From Octopus vulgaris (taxonomy: Eukaryota): a stretch of DNA of 64,000 nt. The notes under the pieces were generated by a model. It was given only the letters and a program-made list of their open reading frames with translations, did no database searches and was not told the DNA's origin. The position numbers were made by a program, and so were the translations under genes. The stretch spans positions 26,784,001 to 26,848,000 of the forward strand of contig OX597834.1 in NCBI GenBank assembly GCA_951406725.2, given 5' to 3'. This document shows positions 1 to 13,139 of this stretch, piece by piece; the first letter of the stretch is position 1; every line of letters begins with the position of its first letter.

Positions 1-96
1 TTACTTCATTTGAGCTATAACGGATAGAGAGACAGGTAAGCATAACGATATAAAAATGATGATGATGATAATATACATACATTCATATAAATTTTT

Positions 97-381
<285 letters not shown>

Positions 382-382
382 A

Positions 383-690
383 GGCGCAATGGCCCAGTGG
401 TTAGGGCAGCGGACTCCTCGCGGTCGGAGGATCGCGGTTTCGATTCCCAGACCGGGCGTTGTGTGTGTTTATTGAGCAAAAACACCTAAAAGGTCCACGA
501 GTCTCCAGCAGGGGCTGGTGGCGCCCCCTGTTGTACTCTTTCGCCCCAACTTTCTTTCACTCTCTCTCTTCCTGTTTCTTGAGTAACGCTGCAATGGACT
601 GTCGTCCCGTCCAGCTGGGGGTGGGGACACATACGCCACAGAAACCGGGAAACCGGGCCCATGCGCTTGGCTAGGCTTGAAAAGGGCGAC
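383..690 (+). mobile_element. tRNA-derived SINE, family B
   Basis: A-box TGGCCCAGTGG, B-box-like GTTTCGATTCC; head and body nearly identical to the copy at 21290. Confidence 0.8.
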
Positions 691-709
691 GTTTATCATT
701 TATATATAA

Positions 710-950
710 ATCAAAGAGGAAAAGGATCCCATCAACTTTAAACGGAGTCTGGATAGATTCCTTCAAGGAATACCAGATAACCCACCCATAATTGGATACA
801 ACTCACCTAACAAAAACTCGTTACTTGAATGGACCATAAACAAAACTTGACTTAAACAGGATTCAGATAATCCTATCAGGTGGTGCTATTAAGTTAGACA
901 TGGCCTGGATCAATCTTTGGTCGAAACATATCTAAGTTTATCTAAGTTTA
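710..950 (+). mobile_element. 5'-truncated CR1/L2-type LINE 3' end
   Basis: Frame from 710 reads IKEEKDPINFKRSLDRFLQGIPDNPPIIGYNSPNKNSLLEWTINKT* (stop 848-850), typical of the ORF2 C-terminus; short 3' UTR ending in a tandem ATCTAAGTTT tail. Confidence 0.7.
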
Positions 951-959
951 TATATATAT

Positions 960-1219
960 ACAATTGCAGCGTGGAAGGTGTTTATAAGCCATTTAAGAAA
1001 CACACAAAAGCCGTTCGATTCACTTCAACATTTAAGTTTAGAACAGGTCGCGGATTTTAGCGAGGAAAATATTTTGACAAATTAAACTTAAATGTTGAAG
1101 TGAATCGAACGGCTTTTGTGTGTTTCTTAAATGGCTTATAAACACCTTCCACGCTGCAATTGTTTTCGTTTCAGGACACGATCTCAGATCAAATTACTTG
1201 CTATGCGAGTACATCTCCG

Positions 1220-1222
<3 letters not shown>
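960..1222 (+). mobile_element. Penelope-like pLTR remnant with an 81-bp-arm inverted repeat
   Basis: 960-1040 is the reverse complement of 1083-1163; the spacer has TCGC-ggatttta-GCGA-g-GAAA (hammerhead stem II + GAAA remnant); flanked by (TA)n. Confidence 0.55.
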
Positions 1223-1312
<90 letters not shown>

Positions 1313-1399
1313 CAAGGAAAAATTGTAAAAATGCAGAATGCTCGATTGAAAGAAAATTTTAATGAAATGAGAAAATGAAAAAATATATAAATATATATT

Positions 1400-1441
1400 T
1401 ATTCAAATCGGTTTTCGTCATAGTTTGACTTATCAAGAATA
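1400..1441 (-). ncRNA. Degenerate minimal type I hammerhead ribozyme
   Basis: Minus strand: TATTC-TTGATAA-GTCAaactaTGAC-GAAA-ACCGAT-TT-GAATA; stems I and II pair; two substitutions relative to the CUGAUGA core. Confidence 0.55.
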
Positions 1442-1533
1442 GTTAGGTGAAAAAGTATATATATATATATATATATATGTACGCACGCACACACATATAT
1501 ATATATATATACATCATAAAATATTGTACTAAC

Positions 1534-1760
1534 CCAATGATAAATAGACCGGGCCCAAAGCTTGAGAATTCAAGGCTAGTTTTCCATGTGAGTGGTTTCT
1601 TGAAGACAACATTTGCTTCATCGGGGAAGGACTGTGGTACTTTTAGAATGAATTCGGTAATCTGCTTCAGCATCTGTTCGTTAATTGGTGTCAGCTGGAT
1701 CATCTTGCTCGTGCTGTCCGACAAGGACAGCCTGCCCGCTCGCTGCAACGCTTGGCCCAT
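1534..1760 (-). CDS. Probable first coding exon (exon 1534-1854) of a spliced gene continuing left of the window; 75 codons plus phase-2 Gly; product unidentified, weak resemblance to a Neuralized-homology/SPRY-like domain start
   Basis: Non-repetitive sequence; T-rich tract + TTTCAG acceptor ending at 1855; in-frame TAA two codons before gagATGG; MGQALQRAGRLSLSDSTSKMIQL...NVVFKKPLTWKTSLEFSSFGPGLFIIG; donor GG|GTTAGT at 1533. Confidence 0.6.
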
Positions 1761-1901
1761 CTCTTAGATATTCACAATTCCTAATTCGTCAAACCTGCTG
1801 CAAGTGCGTGTTTGTCCTTTTCTTCCTTGGATGTTTTATCCACACAGCTCTCGTCTGAAATATATAATAAACAAGAAAAATAATAAATTAATAAATATAT
1901 A

Positions 1902-2710
1902 GGCGCGGGCATGGTTGCGTGGTAAGAAGCTTGCTTCCCAACCACACGGTTCCGGGTTCAGTCCCACTGCGTGGCACCTTGGGAAAGTGTCGGGCCGACC
2001 AAAGTCTTGTGAGTGGATTTGGTAGACGGAAACTGAAAGAAGCCTGTCGTATATATATATATATATATATGTATATATGAGTGTGTGTGTGTTTGTGTGT
2101 CTGTGTTTGTCCCCCCCCCCAACATCGCTTGACAACCCATGCTGGTATGTTTACGTCCCCGTTACTTAGCGGTTCGGCAAAAGAGACCGATAGAATAAGT
2201 CCTAGGCTTACAAAGAATAAAACCTGGGGTCGATTTGCTCGACTAAAAGGCGGTGCTCCAGCATGGCCGCAGTCAAATGACTGAAACAAGTAAAAAAAAA
2301 ATAAATATATAGGCGCGGGCGTGGTTGTGTGGTAAGAAGCTTGCTTCCCAACCACATGGTTCCGGGTTCAGTCCCACTGCGTGGCACCTTGGGCAGCTGT
2401 TTCTATTATAGCCGCGGGCCGCTGTTTCTATTATAGCCTTGAGAGTGGATTTGCTAAACAGAAACTGAAAGAAGCCTTTCGTATAATATATATGTATGTA
2501 TTTGTGTGCTTGTCTCCCCGCCATTGCTTGAAACCGATGCTTGAGTGTTTATGTTCCCGTAAGCTAGCGGTTCGGCAAAAAAATTTCGATGGAATAAGTA
2601 CTATGCATACAAAGAATAAGTCCTGGGGTCGATTTTTGCGACTAAAACCTTTTAAGGCGGTACTCCAGCATGACCACAGTCAAATGACTGATACAAGTAA
2701 AAGAATAAAA
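1902..2710 (+). mobile_element. Two tandem family A SINEs (1902-2295, 2312-2710)
   Basis: tRNA-like head GGCGCGGGC.TGGTTG.GTGGTAAG...GGTTCAGTCCC, central (TA)/(TG) tract, 3' GACTGA.ACAAGTAAAA; both copies preceded by AATAAATATATA. Confidence 0.85.
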
Positions 2711-2919
2711 AATATAGATTCATGGCTGTGAACCTATAAGTCTCACTTTGCGAGCATGTGGTTTCGGGTTCAGTCTCACTGCGTGAAATCTTAGGCACGT
2801 TCTTCAATAGTCCCGGGGCAAGGAATAAGTGTTAGAGAATTTGGTATACAGAAACTCTGTGAATGTCCGTAGTGTATGCATTTAAGTATGTATATATATA
2901 TGTGTATATATGTATCTAT

Positions 2920-2966
<47 letters not shown>

Positions 2967-2967
<1 letters not shown>

Positions 2968-3358
2968 TAGCAGTATCGCCCGGCGTTGCTCGGGTTTGTA
3001 AGGGAAATAACTATACAGCATTTTTAGAGAGTTATAGCCAAAAAATAGCAAAAAAATGCGTTAAAAATGGAAAAAATATGATGGTAAATTTTTTTAAATC
3101 GTTGACTCATCGTAGACATTTTTAGAGAGTTACTTCCCTTTAAAAAAATATGCATGAAAATGGAAAAAAATGATGGTAAATTATTTTTAAAATCGTAGAC
3201 TCATTGTAGACAAGCGCTAATACCCAGAAGGGCTCGATATGAATCACGACTATAAGATACCCGGTTTTGGTTAAACTGCACCGCAAAATGTGGGAGTAGT
3301 TAGGAATCTAAATCGAAGGGGACAGACACTCATACAACTACAGTTTTATATATAAAGA
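2967..3358 (-). mobile_element. Non-autonomous Helitron
   Basis: Minus strand starts TCTTTATATATAAAA and ends with hairpin CCCGAGCAACGCCGGG followed by CTAG; inserted between A and T; no TSD. Confidence 0.8.
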
Positions 3359-3364
3359 TATATA

Positions 3365-3576
3365 GAACAATCTTACTTAGAAATGGATGCGTGCGTTCCG
3401 TCATATAATAAAATAATAAATAAAATAAAACATATGCATATATATATACATACATATATGTACGTACCTACCTCTACATGTATATATACATGCATATATG
3501 GGTACAGGACACCAAAAAAAAAAAAACGCCGAACACAATGAGAAACGAAAACATAAACACAAAACCAAGGAAATGG
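3365..3576. mobile_element. Dispersed repeat family (copies also at 17680-17921 and 25777-26085), probably a Penelope-like pLTR on the minus strand
   Basis: Shared ...atgtacgtacctac...gtacaggacacc...gaacacaatgagaaacgaaaacata... in all three copies, each next to (TA)n. Confidence 0.55.
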
Positions 3577-4236
3577 TTTTGGTGGCGCCCAGTTAGAATT
3601 ATCTCTAGGTCGAGTAGCCCATCCTGCACTAAAGGTCCTTGAATAAGGGTTGTTTAAGGATGTTGAACGAAACACCGATGTTTCCAGAGGTGAATTAATC
3701 AAACCCCAAGGAATTCTTCTCAACATATGGTTATGAAGCTTCTCCACTAATCCTGTTCCTGATTGGAGACGCATATATCATCAGTCAGTAAGGGACATAC
3801 TCAACTAGTTAAGGTCAACCAACAGATAAGCAAATCTGTGGTATTGAGCAGAATATTTGCAGTTGTCCATCTTTCACAAGACCAAACATATACATGTTAA
3901 CACCTCCAATTAGTTATGATCAGAAACCATGAGAGCCACTATCAATGTATGTATGTATGTATGTATGTATGTATGTATGTATGTATGTATGTATGTATGT
4001 ATGTATGTATGTATGTATGTATGTATGTATGTGTATGTGCACATACCCGACGTCTGCAAAAATGGGAAGCTCATATCTGGATTCCTGGTGGATCAGGACT
4101 GACCTGGTGTTAAACGATATCAAGACCAAAAAAAATAAGCGTTCCTGAATTAACGAACCTCTACGTGGTCACTGACCTGCTAAACATAACAATCAAATGT
4201 TCCCGAATTTCTAGTTACTCATGTCACTGCATCTAA

Positions 4237-4346
<110 letters not shown>

Positions 4347-4483
4347 ACACACACACAGACTAATATTCTTACTTAAACCTCTAATTATACGCACTCAAAT
4401 ACATATCAACGTACGAGTACCTGCGTATACTTCGAGGAAAATAAGGTATATAACTACATACCTACACGTGTCTAAGCATGCAG

Positions 4484-4545
<62 letters not shown>

Positions 4546-4783
4546 CATACATACATACATACGTGTGTGTATGTATACATATATATACATATATACCTTC
4601 CAATACATACATAGATATATATATATATATATATTGATACACGTATATCTACTAATCTATCTGTATATGTATATATGGGTATCTATCTACATATCTACGT
4701 GTATGAGTATGGGTGAATACCTACACACACACACACGTATATATGTATGTATATATGCATATATGTATATATATGCATATCTA

Positions 4784-4842
<59 letters not shown>

Positions 4843-4864
4843 ATACATATATATATCCTTAAAT

Positions 4865-4897
<33 letters not shown>

Positions 4898-4903
4898 TAT
4901 ATA

Positions 4904-4991
<88 letters not shown>

Positions 4992-5074
4992 GCTCAAACA
5001 AAATATACACATTGAACACACATGCAATCTTATACTTTTGTAAAGACAAATATATATTCCTACAGGTATACAGA

Positions 5075-5148
<74 letters not shown>

Positions 5149-5458
5149 CTTACATATACAAACACACCGACAGAAAGACACGCACTCACACACACACACA
5201 AAAACACGCACACACACGCCTGCACATCACACTAATTTTCTGAACACACGTATTTCCACCCCGCCCCTTTACACACACCTCCATCCACCTCTCACATATA
5301 TACACTAAGCACACAGCTGTTCATACACACATACAGTATAAATAAACATAGCCGGGTATGCAACCCTTTCCTACACAGTGTAAACACACACCCAGTTACA
5401 TATGTATACAAATATACTTATACATACATTCATATATATATTATATATATATACATAC

Positions 5459-5557
<99 letters not shown>

Positions 5558-5773
5558 TGTATGTATGTATACATGCATAAATACAAGTATACATATACAT
5601 ATAAATATGTATATAAGTATGTATATATATGCATATGTATGTATATATATATATATATATACGTATGTAGATGCACATTCTCACACGTTTTCTCTAATTA
5701 CAAATATATTCACAAGTTCCCCACCACACGCATACACACACACATACACCCCCACACACACACATACACATGC

Positions 5774-5843
<70 letters not shown>

Positions 5844-5845
5844 CA

Positions 5846-5962
5846 TTTTTTAACATTTAGCAGAAGTACCATAGTGACTCAAGGCCCGAGTTTCGTGCGC
5901 TGTCAACGCACGAAACTCTCGGGTCTTGAGTCACTTTGTTACTTTTGCTAAATATTAAAAAA
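5846..5962. repeat. Imperfect fold-back centred on a hammerhead stem II
   Basis: Arms 5846-5899 and 5907-5962; centre GTGCG-ctgtcaa-CGCAC followed by GAAAC-tctcgg-GTC; between (TA)n tracts. Confidence 0.7.
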
Positions 5963-6024
5963 TATATATATATATATATACTCATACTCTGACTTGTAGT
6001 TTTCCCGTTTGCATCAACAAATCT

Positions 6025-6070
<46 letters not shown>

Positions 6071-6124
6071 ACACACACTCACACACACACACACGTGTGT
6101 ATACAGACGTATATATACATATAT

Positions 6125-6354
6125 ATTCCTTTACTACCCACAAGGGGCTACACACAGAGGGGACAAACAAGGACAGACAAAGGGATTAAGTCGTTTACAT
6201 CGACCCCAGTGCGTAACTGGTACTTAATTTATCGACCCCGAAAGGATGAAAGGCAAAGTCGACCTCGGCGGAATTTGAACTCGGAACGTAACGACAGACG
6301 AAATACGGCTACGCATTTCGCCCGGCGTGCTAACGTTTCTGCCAGCTCGCCGCC
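6125..6354 (-). mobile_element. tRNA-derived SINE, family C
   Basis: Reverse complement of GGCGGCGAGCTGGCAGAAACGTTAGC...GAGTTCAAATTCC...GCCTTTCATCCTTTCGGGGTCGAT...GTAAAG. Confidence 0.85.
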
Positions 6355-6750
6355 TTATATATATATACATATATGTATACACACACGCATACATATATGT
6401 ATATATACAACACACACATGCACGGTCAGTACACACATGCACTGCAACCGATACGTATTTGTCGATTCGATTTACTTTATGATGTACGCTCTTGAAATCA
6501 TGCTTACCTTCGTGTGTCCGTAGGTACATACAAACACCTACACACACATATACCCATAAGCTCACATATGTTTTGAGAACAATATGGACGAAATCATAGG
6601 AAGGCATGTGCACGTATGCATCACATATATGTTTGTCTGTACGCGTGTGAATGTGTGTGTATGGTGTGTATATTGTGTGTGTGTGTCTCTGTGTATGTAG
6701 ATTTGAATATATGCGCATAAACAGATATGCTTGTAAATATGTATATACAG

Positions 6751-6799
<49 letters not shown>

Positions 6800-6947
6800 T
6801 AAAATAATTATATATATAAAAAACTTTTTGTATAAGTTTTTACCGAATATGGTCCTTTTCCATACCGAAAAACTACTAGGAGAAATTTGTTGATTTTATT
6901 AAATTAATAATTTTTCACCCTATATCTGTAACGATTATATCCATTAA

Positions 6948-7019
<72 letters not shown>

Positions 7020-7536
7020 AATTAAATTAGAGATAGAACCACTATTAAGGCAACTCAAACAGTGATAGACATAAACGAAAACATAAAAATAAATATAATT
7101 AATATATTATACAAAAAAAATATATGAAATATAAAATTTAAATTATTAAAATTTGAAATCTTAAAATTTATATTTATAAATTTTTATAGTTTTATATCTT
7201 AAATTTTAAATTGATAAATTTTTAAACATTTTATTTTTGAAGAAAGAATTATTTCAAAAAGAAAATCTTAGAAAAATATAATGATGCGAACATTTTCGTG
7301 GTGTGTATGTAAGCGCTTTCGTTCTTCAAGTTTTGTAACTCGGAGAGAATTTTCTCACACAGTTCCAGAACTCTAACTGAAACTTCGTGCCAATCTCTTT
7401 TTCTTATATAACCAAAGAATAAGTCCTGGGGTCGATTTGCTCGACTAAAGGCAGTACTCCAGTATGGCCGCAGTCAAATGACTGAAGCAAGTAAAAGAGT
7501 AAAGAGTAAGATATATATATATATATATATATATAT

Positions 7537-7950
7537 GAATAAATAAATGGAGTTTAACGCAGGTGTAATCAAATATTTTTACTTTCGACACATGTTTCGA
7601 AAATTCCACTGATACTATTCAAAAGAATAAATGGTATAAACAATGCAATCTTCTCCTCAGGAAAGTGAAAAAAACGAAACTCGTCAATAAGACATTTTAG
7701 CAAAAAATAATGGATTTGTATAGCGATTGACAGAACGCTATTAATATTGTTTAAAAAAAAACGTTATATGATATAACGTAGCTAACAGAAAGAGTAGGGA
7801 TATTAATAGTGAATGTTAAATGTAAAGGAAATTAAAGTTTAAATCATATATAATGATAGAGACTACTTATATGCACTAAATGTATGTTTTTGCCAAAATT
7901 TATTTATTTTTTCCGTGTTAATTGTTACTAAGGTAAAAATACACTCATCT
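7537..7950 (-). mobile_element. Penelope-like pLTR remnant hosting the 7581 ribozyme
   Basis: AT-rich insert bounded by (TA)n tracts, with the hammerhead near its 3' end. Confidence 0.5.
7581..7666 (-). ncRNA. Type I hammerhead ribozyme with intact core and long stem II
   Basis: Minus strand: ACTTTC-CTGAGGA-GAAGATTGCATTG...CAGTGGAATTTTC-GAAA-CATGTG-TC-GAAAGT; 6-bp stem I, about 13-bp stem II, GUC cleavage triplet. Confidence 0.8.
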
Positions 7951-7998
<48 letters not shown>

Positions 7999-8430
7999 GA
8001 GAAAAACGCGCCCCCTGTCCAATGAACGGTGCTGAGTTGTCAAACATTTAAACCCTTCAGTTCAAGATAATAATGAATGCGACAATAATCGCCTGGGTCT
8101 GATTGGTGCGTTTCTTGGAATGGGTCACACTGTTGCCTCTTTTCAAAGATAACAATAAATTTTGGAGATCACAGGGGCAAAGCATGGGGAATGATGTTTG
8201 AAGTTAGTTAAAGGAACATTGTGAGGGTTGGTGTGCTTGTTGGCTTAAAGCCGCAGATTGCATTTTATGGAAGAAGTGGGAAACCTGGTGCATTGTGAGT
8301 AATTAATCCTATGGCTAACCAGAACTCTGTGTGTGTGTGTGTGTTAGGTTTGTATGTGCACGCGTAAGTGCGCGCGCATGTGTATGTGTGTTTTGTAGAT
8401 TTTATATTAAAACTGAAACCGAGAACTTGT

Positions 8431-8471
8431 CCCACGACTCGAGTTTCACGTCACTGCGATCATCAAGCAGG
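8431..8471 (-). ncRNA. Degenerate minimal hammerhead ribozyme
   Basis: Minus strand: CCTGC-TTGATGA-tcgcagtgacgt-GAAA-CTCGAG-TC-GTGGG; palindromic stem III; weak stem II. Confidence 0.5.
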
Positions 8472-8731
8472 AATAATATCTATTGATTGATTGACTGATT
8501 GATTGATTGATTCAGTCATTCATTCATACAGCTATTACATGCATACATGTATACATGCATGCATACATACATGCATACATATATACATGCATATATGCAT
8601 ACATACATACATGCATTCATACATACACACATATATTAGGTATAAATCAGGAAGTACATAAGTGAATGAAAGGTCTTTAGTTTCGTGCCTGAGCATTTGT
8701 TAAAATTTCTGTTTGTATAACCTATCTTACC

Positions 8732-8797
<66 letters not shown>

Positions 8798-9140
8798 TAT
8801 ATATATATATATACACACATGTATATATATATGTAGATGTGTGTGTATAAATATATGCAAATTATGTGTATATGTGTATGTGTGAGTGTGTATATGTGTG
8901 CGTATGTGTGTGTATGAAAGGGTCATATACAATATATACTTACATAACAAAACATATTTCCAAATGAATTCTTCTTTAAACTAAATCACCAAGTCCTATT
9001 CATACTAATCAGGCACACACACACACATACTCACACACACAAACACTAATATGTACATATACGTACATCATCTTCAGAAACAGAAACTATATATGTATAT
9101 GCACATGTTTATATCTGTGCATATATTTGTGTATATATAT

Positions 9141-9259
<119 letters not shown>

Positions 9260-9292
9260 ATATATATATATATTATATATATATATGTATAT

Positions 9293-9353
<61 letters not shown>

Positions 9354-9775
9354 ATATATACAGCATATACACTAAAAGCAATGTCTACATACATTGTCAG
9401 TAATGAGCTAGTAGCTAGAGAGGCAGCACCCCAAGTTTTTTACCTCAGGGAAAGGAAATAACTGAAAGAACACTGCCATGGGGTAAGAGTAGAGAGAGAA
9501 AGATACAAGGGAAGAAGAGGAGAGAAAAAGGGAGAGAGAGAGAGAGAGAGAGGAAGAGAGGGAGATGATGAGCATGCATGCTGTGCATGTATGTATCTTT
9601 CTTACTTTCTTTCTCTCTCTCTCTCTCTCTCTCTCTCAATGTACACATCCACATGTGCCGCACGCGCACCACAGGCATACACAAAAGCCTGTTGAATAAG
9701 GGACAAAGAACGAGAAAAAGCGAAAGAGAGACAGGCAATAGAATTTGAAAGAGGCTTAGAGCTAGATAGATATAC

Positions 9776-9836
<61 letters not shown>

Positions 9837-9897
9837 ATACATATACATACATACATATATGTATATATGCATATATATATATGTATATATATACACG

Positions 9898-9937
<40 letters not shown>

Positions 9938-10067
9938 GTATATATATGTACATATGCGTATATATATATTGATATGTATATATATATACTCACGTATATA
10001 TATACGTTATATATATATATATATATGTATATATAAATACACATATATGTGTATATATATACATATA

Positions 10068-10119
<52 letters not shown>

Positions 10120-10126
10120 TATATAC

Positions 10127-10217
<91 letters not shown>

Positions 10218-10689
10218 TATATATATATATGGTGGGGTTTTCGGTGCCGGGGCAGGCTTAGTTTAGAATTTGAATGGAATGGTAAGTGGAAAATGAAACA
10301 CAGCGAAGAATACAGGTTGACAAGGAAACAAGGAACGTTTCTTTGATTGCATCAAGTCTTTAATTGTTTGTGTTTTTTCGCAGAGAAAAATCAGGTAATT
10401 TTTTGAAACACAAAGCGAAAAAAAGTTAAAAAAAAAACAAAACGAAAAAACAAACAAAAAAAATTGGTGAAATGAGGTCCAGGTATTTAGCTGCTATTGT
10501 GACGAAGGTCAGTGAATGCACAGTAACCTCTCCAAGATTATGCAGTTACCCCCCCTCCTATTTGCACATCTGCAGTTGCATATTGCATTGCACATACATG
10601 TTGATTTGTATGTCTGTGTGTTTGTATGTATTTATATATGTGTTTATATTTTTATGCATGCATGCTGTGTATGCATGCGTATATGCATG

Positions 10690-10721
10690 CATCTGTGTAT
10701 GTATGTATGTATGTATGTATG

Positions 10722-10752
<31 letters not shown>

Positions 10753-11561
10753 TGTATGTATGTATGTATGTATGTATGTATGTATGTATGTATGTATGTG
10801 TGTATGTATGTATGTATGTATGTATGTATGTATATAATGTATGTATGTATGTATGTATGCGTGTATGTATGTATGTATGTATGTGTGTATGTATGTATGT
10901 ATGTATGTATGTATGTATGTATGTATGTATGTATGTATGTATGCGTGTATGTATGTATGTATGTATGTATGTGTGTATGTATGTATGTATGTATGTATGT
11001 ATGTATGCGTGTATGTATGTATGCGTGTATGTATGTATGCGTGTATGTATGTTTGCGTGTATGTATGTATGTATGTATGTATGTATGTATGTATGTATGT
11101 ATGTATGTATGTATGCATGCATGCATGTATGCGTGTATGTATGTATGTATGCGTGTATGTATGTATGCGTATATGTATGTATGTATGCGTGTATGTATGT
11201 ATGTATGTATGTATGTATGTATGTGTGTATGTATGTATGTATGCGTGTATGTATGTATGTATGCGTGTATGTATGTATGTGTGTGTGTATGTATGTATGT
11301 ATGTATTTATGTGTGTATGTATGTATGCGTGTATGTATGTATGTATATATGTATGCGTGTATGTATGTATGTATGCGTGTATGTATGTATGTATGTATGA
11401 TTGCATGTATGTATTTATATATGTATGTGTAACTGTGTGTAAACATTTATATAAGTATGCATGCATGCGTGTGTGCATATATGTATGTGTTTGTAAGTAT
11501 GCATGTCTCTATGTATGTACGTACGCACGTATGTATGTATGTATGTATGTATGTATGTATG

Positions 11562-11592
<31 letters not shown>

Positions 11593-11700
11593 TGTATGTA
11601 CGTATGTATGTATGTAATGTATGTACGTATGTATGTATGTACGTACGCATGTATGCGTGGATGCATGCGTGCGAATGTATGTATGTATGTATGTATGTTT
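10690..11700. repeat. About 1-kb (TATG)n compound microsatellite
   Basis: Direct reading; includes recurring TGCG variant units. Confidence 0.95.
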
Positions 11701-11837
11701 GTATGTGCGTGTGTGTATGCGTGTGGATATATGTCTATGAGTGTCTGTGTTTTTTTTTATGTACGTATGTGTGTTTAAATGTACCATTGAGTGTATCCTT
11801 GGGAATATATACATATATACATATCCTACATTAGCTG

Positions 11838-11985
<148 letters not shown>

Positions 11986-12180
11986 CGAGTACCCCCTACA
12001 CACACATATACACGCATGCACATACATACATACACACACGTACACACGAATATATGACTAAAGAAATTAATTAACATTTTTCTTTTCTCCCTAGGGACAA
12101 ATATGAAAGTTAAAGGAAAACAAAATTATATTCATATATGTATATATATGTGTGTATGCATACATACATACATACATACA

Positions 12181-12214
<34 letters not shown>

Positions 12215-12256
12215 CATTCATGCAAGCATGCATACATACATACACATATACATATA

Positions 12257-12290
<34 letters not shown>

Positions 12291-12349
12291 CATTCATGCA
12301 AGCATGCATACATACATACACATATACATATATACACACATACATACAT

Positions 12350-12615
12350 ATATCTGGAAATCAGCTGCCCTCTGGACATGAATGTGGTTAGAAAAATACA
12401 AGGGAAAGGACATTTATGGACCATTGATATGGAGTTTGCAAATCCAGTATCCAGGGCACACTTTCAGATTTATACCTATTACTTTTGGACAAATAAGATA
12501 CATACTAACCTACCTGGAGCAAAATATGGCTGAACTTGGGATGTTGGGGAGAGAATGCAAATCCTTAATTCGTATGCTACAAATGATGATGATATCTGGG
12601 ATTACGTCTGCATGA
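12350..12615 (+). pseudogene. Fragment of the restriction-like endonuclease domain of an R4/Dong/NeSL-type non-LTR retrotransposon
   Basis: LEISCPLDMNVVRKIQGK / frameshift / DIYGPLIWSLQIQYPGHTFRFIPITFG matches the E-x-S-C-P...K..KY..L...PI..G pattern of REL domains. Confidence 0.65.
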
Positions 12616-13139
12616 ACTGCATATATAAAGGATGGTGGTTAAAACAAGATACTCTCCTTCAAAACCTTGCTTCCAAGTAGGTTGTTATTGTCGTTGTTTG
12701 TTCATTCTTGAGCCACGCCTGGCTCATAAGGGCCGGTTTCCCGGTTTCCTTGACGTATAGGTTCCCCACCTGCGACGGAACGCCGGTCCGTCGCAGGTGG
12801 GCTGCAAGATGCAGGAGGAAGGAGTGAGAGAAAGTTGTGGCGAAAGAGTCAGCAGAAGTTCGCATTCAAATTACTCTGACAAATTGCAAAGCTTATTTAT
12901 TTTAAATCAATCATTTATTATGTCACAGATTTGAAATTTTGATGATGTTCTTATTCTTTTACTTGTTTCAGTCATCTGACTGTGGCCATTCTGGAGCACC
13001 ACCTTTAGTCGAGCAAATCGACCCCAGGACATATTCTTTGTAGGCCTAGTACTTATTCTATCGGTCTCTTTTGACGAACCGCTAGTTCCCCTCCTCAAAT
13101 TGCCCTGCTCCTCTCATAATTCCTTGTCTTGTGAGATAC

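Noticed and set aside
383-460. tRNA genes at SINE heads (also 21290, 37077, 50917, 60678)
   Set aside because: A/B boxes are present but there is no convincing complete cloverleaf, and they continue into repeat bodies.
6830-6885. TATGG-loop-CCATA-cc-GAAA hammerhead-like remnant
   Set aside because: No core or stem I; could be chance.
7998-8055. CPMNG motif resembling the PLE Cys-rich linker
   Set aside because: Too short, followed by a stop, and on the opposite strand to the nearby ribozyme.
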